Shown here piece by piece: positions 57,830 through 64,000 of a stretch of DNA of 64,000 nt. The notes under the pieces were generated by a model that worked only from the letters and a program-made list of their open reading frames with translations, made no database searches and was not told where the DNA came from. The stretch spans positions 28,604-92,603 of the forward strand of contig JANRKO010000027.1 of the NCBI GenBank assembly GCA_033763455.1, in the 5' to 3' direction. Position 1 is the stretch's first letter. Every line of letters begins with the position of its first letter. The stretch comes from Polyangiaceae bacterium. Lineage in GTDB: Bacteria; Myxococcota_A; Polyangia; Polyangiales; Polyangiaceae. The translations under genes were made by a program, and so were the position numbers.

Positions 57830-58927
57830 TTACGGCGCCGTCAAGATCGGCTTGCCCCCGGCCCGGAGCTGCTTCAGTGCGGCTTCCACCTGGGTCACAA
57901 CCTTGGCCGGCAACGGTGCGTAGTTCAGAGGTGCCGCATACTTCTGACCGTCGTGCAGCGCCCACCACAAAAACTTACCGAGAGCCTGACCACGAGCCAC
58001 GTCTTTGGCGTCTTGGTACACGAGCAGGTACGTGTACGAACTAATTGGGTAAGCTTTATCGCCCTTCGCGTTCACAATGGAAGCGTGGAGTGAATCCGGG
58101 AGATCAATGCCTTCAGCTGCAGCGGTGACTGCATCAATGCTAGGCGTGATGAAGTTGCCTGCCTGGTTGCGCACCGCCGCAACGCTTAGCCCCGTTTGCA
58201 ACGCGTAGGACAACTCAACGTAGCCAATCGAGCCGGGGGTGGATTTCACCTGACCAGCAACCCCTTCGTTGCCTTTAGCACCTAGCCCCACGGGCCACTT
58301 GACGCTCTTTCCTGCGCCCACGGTGGTGCTCCAGGCGGGGCTAATCGCAGACAGATAGTCAGTGAACACGGCCGTTGTACCACTGCCATCGCTCCGGCCC
58401 ACCACGCGAATTTCGCTCGCTGGTAGCTTCAAGTCCGCGTTGTCTTTCTTGATGCGTGCGTCGTTCCACTTGGTGATCTTTCCAAGGTAAATATCAGCCA
58501 ACACATCGCCGCCGAGCTTCAAGCCCGAGGGGGCCTCCGCTAACTGATAAGCAACCGCAACCGCACCCAAGGTTGTGGGGATGTGAAGCAACTTACCCGG
58601 CGCCTTCTTTTCCTCGTCCGCGGACATAGGAGCGTCTGTCGCTCCGAAGTCAACCGTGCCAGCTACAATTTGACGAATGCCTCCACCGGAGCCGATCGAC
58701 TGATAGTTGATCTGAACGCTTCCTTCTTGCTTGTGGTATTCGTCGCTCCACTTCGAGTAAAGCGGGAAGGGGAAGGTAGCGCCCGCACCGTTGAGCTTCA
58801 CAGCCTCAGGCGGTTTCGCCGGCAAGGCAGCGGAAGTAGTGGCGGCTGTTGGGGCTTCTTTTTTGCTGCAGCCTCCAACGGCAAGGGCACCAGCAATCAA
58901 CGTAAATATGAGTCTTCTTGAAATCAT
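57830..58927 (-). CDS. pstS: Phosphate-binding lipoprotein PstS
   Basis: GAGATFPFPLYSKW, YQSIGSGGG, RSDGSGTT, GAKGNEGV, YPISSYTY; lipobox-like VGGC. Confidence 0.96.
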   Translation of the reverse strand: MISRRLIFTLIAGALAVGGCSKKEAPTAATTSAALPAKPPEAVKLNGAGATFPFPLYSKWSDEYHKQEGSVQINYQSIGSGGGIRQIVAGTVDFGATDAPMSADEEKKAPGKLLHIPTTLGAVAVAYQLAEAPSGLKLGGDVLADIYLGKITKWNDARIKKDNADLKLPASEIRVVGRSDGSGTTAVFTDYLSAISPAWSTTVGAGKSVKWPVGLGAKGNEGVAGQVKSTPGSIGYVELSYALQTGLSVAAVRNQAGNFITPSIDAVTAAAEGIDLPDSLHASIVNAKGDKAYPISSYTYLLVYQDAKDVARGQALGKFLWWALHDGQKYAAPLNYAPLPAKVVTQVEAALKQLRAGGKPILTAP

Positions 58928-58936
58928 GAGCGCTCC

Positions 58937-60265
58937 TTAAAACTGCGCCTGTGCGCTAACAATTGCTTGGCGTTCCGCTTTGGCGGAGCCTTCAGGGTCA
59001 TGCACGCTGAAGCTCGCTTGAAGCTTCATCTCGTTCTTCTGAACGAGGTAATTCAGGCCGGCCTCGTAATGCCAGGTCGTGTTTTTGGAGACATCAAGAT
59101 CGGGATCCAGAAGGCCCGCGCGCAGAACTGGTTGAAACCGCTCCGCCAAGGTGTAAGCGAAGGCTGCGTAGGCGCCGTGACCTTCTTTGCGAGTTGCGCC
59201 AACGCCGTCCCAACCGTGAATGTACTCAGCTTGAGCGACGAAGTTCGAGACTTCGGCGCGCACGTCAGCCTCAACCCGGTCTTTGGTCGAGGCGTCTTTG
59301 CGCGAACCAACGCTCGAGGAGCCAACAATGCCAATCATCAACGGCTCTACGGGGCGCCCTTCGAGGCGCAGTGCGACATCCTTATCGTTGTTGTCGTCTA
59401 GCCTATTTACGCCGGTACCATTCGTAAGCGTAAGCAAGTAGCCGAAGGCCCCGAACTTCTTCTCCGCGCGCAGCCCAAGATCGCGTCGATCACCGAAGGT
59501 GCGCGAGACAAGCGCGCGCTCGGGCAGGATAAGTTGGGATGAGGAATTGTAACCCTCCCAGCTAAGAGGGATCTTAAACTGACCGATCGTAACGTCGGAA
59601 TATTCGGAGATGAAGGTGACGTAGAAGTCCTGCAAGATCGAAGTATCCGTGGGCGCCGCAAGCACACTCACTTGTTCAGGAGTCGCCGCATTCATGGGCG
59701 CTGGCTCTTGGTTCTGCACCCGCACGGTCTGGGAACCAAATTTTAGCGTCTTGGCGGGGTCAATCATCAGCGCGTAGTCAACCGCATCGGGAATGATCGT
59801 GCCTTTGATCTTCAGCTCAGCGCGGCGAATCCGAAAGGACGAACTCGTCTTGGTGTTGTCGATCAACTGCCACCAGCCTTGCAGCAGTGCGCTCGGTTGA
59901 AAGGTGCCTTGCTTTCCCACGGCAAGCTTCTGTGGGAGGGGCGCAGGCGTAGCGTTCACATCAGGTGTCCCTGCGGTGGTGGGCGATGGAGCCACAGGCT
60001 CGGCAGCTGCCGGCGCTATGGCAGCAGCGGTCGTGTCAGCCGCGGGGGCATCCACGGGGGCATCCACAGTCGCTGCTGCGGAAGCGGAGGTGGGCTGTGC
60101 GTCGGCAGGCGCTGGAGCCGCCGGCTCGGCGGGAACCTCGCTCTTCGCGGGTTCCGTGGCTGCCGGCGCGGGCGCCGCGCCCGCTTGGGCGAATACGACG
60201 GCGGTAGAGGTCAAGATCGACGCGCAAACAAGCGTATTTATTGGCAACTGCAGGGTCTTAAGCAT
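58937..60265 (-). CDS. Phosphate-selective porin (OprO/OprP-like)
   Basis: Signal peptide, Ala/Pro linker, FRIRRAEL, LQDFYV, IGQFKIP, RDLG, C-terminal Phe; directly upstream of pstS. Confidence 0.82.
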   Translation of the reverse strand: MLKTLQLPINTLVCASILTSTAVVFAQAGAAPAPAATEPAKSEVPAEPAAPAPADAQPTSASAAATVDAPVDAPAADTTAAAIAPAAAEPVAPSPTTAGTPDVNATPAPLPQKLAVGKQGTFQPSALLQGWWQLIDNTKTSSSFRIRRAELKIKGTIIPDAVDYALMIDPAKTLKFGSQTVRVQNQEPAPMNAATPEQVSVLAAPTDTSILQDFYVTFISEYSDVTIGQFKIPLSWEGYNSSSQLILPERALVSRTFGDRRDLGLRAEKKFGAFGYLLTLTNGTGVNRLDDNNDKDVALRLEGRPVEPLMIGIVGSSSVGSRKDASTKDRVEADVRAEVSNFVAQAEYIHGWDGVGATRKEGHGAYAAFAYTLAERFQPVLRAGLLDPDLDVSKNTTWHYEAGLNYLVQKNEMKLQASFSVHDPEGSAKAERQAIVSAQAQF

Positions 60266-60306
60266 TGAAGTTCCTTTTTTGTGGTGCCCTCAAGTCGCCT
60301 TTTCAT

Positions 60307-60375
60307 GTGACGCTTCGGTGACAAACGGGTGATGTTCAAGAAAAATCGATGACATATCGAAGACCAAACGAAGAC
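60307..60375 (-). promoter_or_regulatory. Pho-box-like direct repeats (11-bp period)
   Basis: Minus-strand half-sites GTCTT/GTCTT/GTCAT/TTCTT and ATCAC/GTCAC/GTCAC; lowest + coordinates 60371, 60360, 60349, 60338 and 60329, 60318, 60307; upstream of porin-pstS. Confidence 0.8.
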
Positions 60376-60574
60376 ACTGAGCGTCACAATTCACCTTACG
60401 CAAACACCCCAGAGACGGCTCCACTGGTACCTTTCGTGGCTCGCCAGCAAGCCCCAAACGCCGCGACCCTGCCGCCAAAAATCCGTAAGCAGAGCCACCA
60501 CGCCCACGGATTGCTTTACGAACAAAACGAGGGCAGAGCCTCGCCCCGGCGCAACACGCGCCCAGATCAACGCA

Positions 60575-61339
60575 TCAACGCGGTGACCAATTGGGCTCGC
60601 CCACGAAGAGGCCGTCTACGAAGCCGATCTGATACGCGAGAAACAATCCAAACAGGATGCTGAGCACACCTGTAGCGCGCGCCATCACATGTTCCAAAGA
60701 ACCAAAGCGTGCGGAGGCTGCCCGCACAGGCACAGCCATCGCGGTGGTGAGCACCATCATGCCAAGGATCGTACCTGCTCCAAAAATCCCCAGATAAAGC
60801 AGCGCCCAACCCACTTGGCGAATCGTAGCTAACACCAAAAGTGCAATCGCCGCCGAGCCCGCCAACCCGTGCACAACGCCTACAAAAAGCGGCCGAAGGC
60901 TCGCGAGCGGCCACTTCCCGGTTGATGTTCCAGGCGGCCGCTCTGAAAGGCCCGTGTGCACGTGCCCCGGATGCTCTCCGTGCGCGACCTCTTCCACACG
61001 CCGCTTGGCGCCCGCAATATTCATGAAGCCTAACACCACGAGCATCACTGCGACAGAAAGCTCCATCGAGAGCCCAAGCCGCGGAGGGATAACCAGCCCC
61101 AGCACCACGATTGCGCCGCCCACGAGCAGGATCGTCACCGTGTGACCAAGACCCCACAAAGCTCCTACGGCAACGGCACCCCTGAGCGAGCGCTGCCGAC
61201 TCACGATGGTGGTTACGGCCACCACGTGGTCAGCATCTGTCGCGTGACGCATGCCCAGGAAGAATCCAAGAACGAGGATGGCAAGGAGCGTCATGGAATG
61301 GCCAAGTAAGGAGCGAAGTAGTTCAAGAGCTGGGGCCAA
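60575..61339 (-). CDS. High-affinity nickel/cobalt transporter family protein (NiCoT/UreH-like)
   Basis: LGMRHATDADHV, WGLGHT, His-containing loop, GVVHGLAGSAA; start may be ATG 61294. Confidence 0.85.
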   Translation of the reverse strand: MAPALELLRSLLGHSMTLLAILVLGFFLGMRHATDADHVVAVTTIVSRQRSLRGAVAVGALWGLGHTVTILLVGGAIVVLGLVIPPRLGLSMELSVAVMLVVLGFMNIAGAKRRVEEVAHGEHPGHVHTGLSERPPGTSTGKWPLASLRPLFVGVVHGLAGSAAIALLVLATIRQVGWALLYLGIFGAGTILGMMVLTTAMAVPVRAASARFGSLEHVMARATGVLSILFGLFLAYQIGFVDGLFVGEPNWSPR

Positions 61340-61365
61340 TCAAGCCAAGGCCGGTAGCTGCCGTT

Positions 61366-63477
61366 TCAGTGCAACCGTTGGCCTGGTTTTGCGCCCTCAT
61401 GAGGGGACATCAGGAAAAGCTCGGACCCACCCGCCCCAGCCGCCAACACCATCCCTTCACTCAAACCAAAGCGCATCTTTCTCGGAGCAAGGTTGGCCAC
61501 AATCACCACCAATTTGCCCTCAAGCGCGCTCGGGGAATACGCCGACTTGATACCCGCAAAAATGGTCCGGGTGTCAGTGCCCCCGAGGCTCACGGTAAGT
61601 TTCAGGAGTTTTTCGGCGTCTGGAATGTGCTCAGCTTTAAGTATTTTGGCGACACGCAGGTCGACTTTCGAAAGATCGTCAATACCTATGGTGGCGGCGA
61701 GCGGTTCATCGAGCCCACCTTCCACCACCAGAGGTTCGGTCGACGTGGAAGTCGGTCCGCTCACTCCCGGCGTAGCACTGGAATTGGCAGTTGTAGGCGT
61801 GGTCCCTGCGGAATTGGCAGCATGAGCTTGTGCGGCGTCAGCCTCCACATCGATCGAGCTTTCGATCATCGCTTGCACCTTCTTCGGATCTACGCGCGTC
61901 ATTAGGTGCGAGAACTCCCCAATCGGCGTTCCCACAAGCGGTGTGGCACTTTGCTCCCAACGGCTTAGCGGATCGGAGAGAAGAGCTGCGCTATCAAGTG
62001 CAAGCTTTGGGAGTATAGGAGAAAGGTAGATAACCAATTGCCGGTAGAGGTTGAGCGCTACCGTGCACACATCGCGAAGTTCACTTGCCTTCTCGGGTGT
62101 TTTGGCGAGCTTCCAGGGCTCCATCCGATCGACGTATTCGTTCGCCCTATCTGCGAGCGCCATGATGAGGCGCGTGGCTTTGCCAAAATCACACTCTTCA
62201 TAAGTCTTTTTTATCTCTTCTCCGGCTTGGGCGGCATTGGCAAATAGGCCCGCATCCTCAGGATAAGTAGCAGCCAGCCCTTGGCTCTTAACAAACCTCG
62301 CGGTGCGGCTAGCCAGATTCACGACCTTGCCCACAAGATCAGAATTTACCCGAGAAACAAACTCCTCCAAGTTAAGATCCAAATCATCTACCCCCGAATT
62401 CAACTTCGAGGCGTAGTAGTAACGAAGATAAGCTGGGTCCAAGTATTCGAGGTAGCTCGATGCCTTTACGTGCGTACCTTTGGATTTGCTCATCTTCTCA
62501 CCGTTCACAGCCAAGAACCCATGAACGTGCACTTTCGTAGGCAAAGAGAACCCTGCGGTCTTCAGCATCGCGGGCCAAAACAGCGTATGAAAGTAGACGA
62601 TATCTTTCCCAATGAAGTGGTGAATCTCGGTTTTATCCGAACGCCAAAAGTCATCAAAATTGCGTCCCGTTTTGTTGCACCACTGCACAGTGGACGCCAA
62701 ATATCCAATGGGCGCATCGAACCAAACGTACCAATAGTCGCCAGGCGAGTCGGGAATTTCGAAGCCGAAATAGGGAGCCGGGCGGGAGACATCCCAATCG
62801 CGCAGCTCGGCCGAGAGAAAGTGGCCCTTTAGGTAGTTGGCTATCTCTGGCTGCAAGCTTCCAGATTGCGTCCATTCTTCCAAGAAACCGTGAAGCTGTT
62901 CCACCTGCACGAAGAGGTGCCGCGCATTGCGCAGCTCCGGAACGGTCCCGCTATGGGTGCTCCGAGGGTTCTTGAGATCCGTGGCGCTGTAGGCGGCGTT
63001 ACATTTTTCGCAATTGTCCCCGTATTGATCGGGCGACCCGCAATTCGGGCAATTCCCCTTTACAAATCGATCCGCCAGAAAGATCCCCGCCTGAACGTCG
63101 TAAAGCTGGGCCACCTCTTTTTCAACTACAAGCCCAGCCGCTCGAAGCGCCGTCCAGAATTCCCCACACAACACTCGATTCTCTTCAGAATGGGTGCTTC
63201 CGTAATTGTCATACTCGATCTGAAATCCCGCAAAATCGCGCTCATGCGCTCGACTCATTTCCAAAATGAGCTCTTCCTCGCTGCGCCCTTCCTGCTTGGC
63301 ACGAATCATGATGCTCGTTCCATGCGTGTCGTCGCCCCAAATGTACGCACACTGATTGCCGATCAGGCGTTGAAAGCGCACCCAGATATCGGTCTGGATG
63401 AACTCCACGAGGTGCCCAATGTGAATATGCCCGTTGGCATAGGGCAGGCCACTTGTCACAAGCAGTTGTCGAGTCAT
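61366..63477 (-). CDS. metG: Methionine--tRNA ligase with C-terminal tRNA-binding domain
   Basis: [20 protein letters not shown] knuckle, [35 protein letters not shown]. Confidence 0.98.
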   Translation of the reverse strand: MTRQLLVTSGLPYANGHIHIGHLVEFIQTDIWVRFQRLIGNQCAYIWGDDTHGTSIMIRAKQEGRSEEELILEMSRAHERDFAGFQIEYDNYGSTHSEENRVLCGEFWTALRAAGLVVEKEVAQLYDVQAGIFLADRFVKGNCPNCGSPDQYGDNCEKCNAAYSATDLKNPRSTHSGTVPELRNARHLFVQVEQLHGFLEEWTQSGSLQPEIANYLKGHFLSAELRDWDVSRPAPYFGFEIPDSPGDYWYVWFDAPIGYLASTVQWCNKTGRNFDDFWRSDKTEIHHFIGKDIVYFHTLFWPAMLKTAGFSLPTKVHVHGFLAVNGEKMSKSKGTHVKASSYLEYLDPAYLRYYYASKLNSGVDDLDLNLEEFVSRVNSDLVGKVVNLASRTARFVKSQGLAATYPEDAGLFANAAQAGEEIKKTYEECDFGKATRLIMALADRANEYVDRMEPWKLAKTPEKASELRDVCTVALNLYRQLVIYLSPILPKLALDSAALLSDPLSRWEQSATPLVGTPIGEFSHLMTRVDPKKVQAMIESSIDVEADAAQAHAANSAGTTPTTANSSATPGVSGPTSTSTEPLVVEGGLDEPLAATIGIDDLSKVDLRVAKILKAEHIPDAEKLLKLTVSLGGTDTRTIFAGIKSAYSPSALEGKLVVIVANLAPRKMRFGLSEGMVLAAGAGGSELFLMSPHEGAKPGQRLH

Positions 63478-63640
63478 AGGGCCGCGGAGCCTAACCTAGT
63501 CGGCGCGCAGGTGCTGCCCCCTCTCGTCTCGCGAGCGCAAAACGCGCCCGCTCGGCCGATCTCCCCCATGCCTCGCCCTGCGGTCGAAGGCGGGGGAGCT
63601 GCGAATACACCGCGTTCACCTCGCTGCGCCCATTCGCCTC

Positions 63641-63795
63641 GCCACACTCACCTCGCCGCGCCACACTCGCCGCGCCACACTCGCCGCGCCACACTCACCT
63701 CGCCGCGCCACACTCACCTCGCCGCGCCACACTCACCTCGCCGCGCCACACTCGCCGCGCCACACTCGCCGCGCCACACTCGCCGCACCACACTC
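63641..63795. repeat. VNTR of GCCGCGCCACACTC (14 bp) with optional ACCTC (19 bp)
   Basis: A partial 19-mer, then units of 14,14,19,19,19,14,14,14 bp and a variant 14-mer; intergenic, upstream of metG. Confidence 0.95.
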
Positions 63796-64000
63796 CCTCT
63801 CCTGCCCATCGTTGGCGTCCAGCCGTGGCGCCCTTCTATTCGCACCAAGAGATGCTAAGCATGCTCTCACCTATCAACGCAGTGAGGGCGGAAAAGTTAC
63901 AGCGTGGAAATAATCGTGATGGGGGCGAGAGTTATTTAACTTCTTGATTGTGTTGAGGATCTGGCTGTGATCAAAGGATCAGATGTCAGAAGCTACACGT

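Noticed and set aside
63641..63795. Possible CRISPR array, or coding repeat within ORF 62866..63858
   Set aside because: There are no unique spacers; the ORF is antisense to metG and its repeat part shifts frame with the 14/19-bp units.

Overview
GC-rich bacterial chromosomal segment, most consistent with a myxobacterium (Myxococcota, probably Polyangiales). This is inferred from a MYXO-CTERM-like sorting tail, a multidomain Ser/Thr kinase, an FHA-DUF4388 protein and a giant Cys-rich lipoprotein metalloprotease. About 45 protein genes are present. Housekeeping genes include hflKC, aroE, xseA, a biotin carboxylase, hisD, nadD, ccmB, gltX, speA, PPK2, a pyrimidine-nucleoside phosphorylase, pstS and metG. 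Accessory content includes a Type ISP restriction-modification gene running off the left edge (absent from the supplied ORF track), an RND pump, a class II Fic gene behind an AT-rich repeat-containing promoter, a Uma2 nuclease and two paralogous RTX-repeat lipoproteins. No rRNA, tRNA, CRISPR array, transposase or integrase was recognised. Best candidates for undescribed biology: (1) a WYL regulator translationally coupled to a YkgJ/FliB-like Cys-cluster protein and divergent from a nucleoside phosphorylase; (2) tandem RTX lipoproteins carrying one versus two copies of an inserted beta-domain, separated by a spacer that can form alternative hairpins; (3) a Tat-exported prodomain/TIMP-like protein coupled to a MYXO-CTERM matrixin; (4) widespread leaderless-type promoters. 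An extended Pho-box array and a two-unit VNTR upstream of metG are also visible. All family assignments come from recognising motifs by eye; no searches were run.
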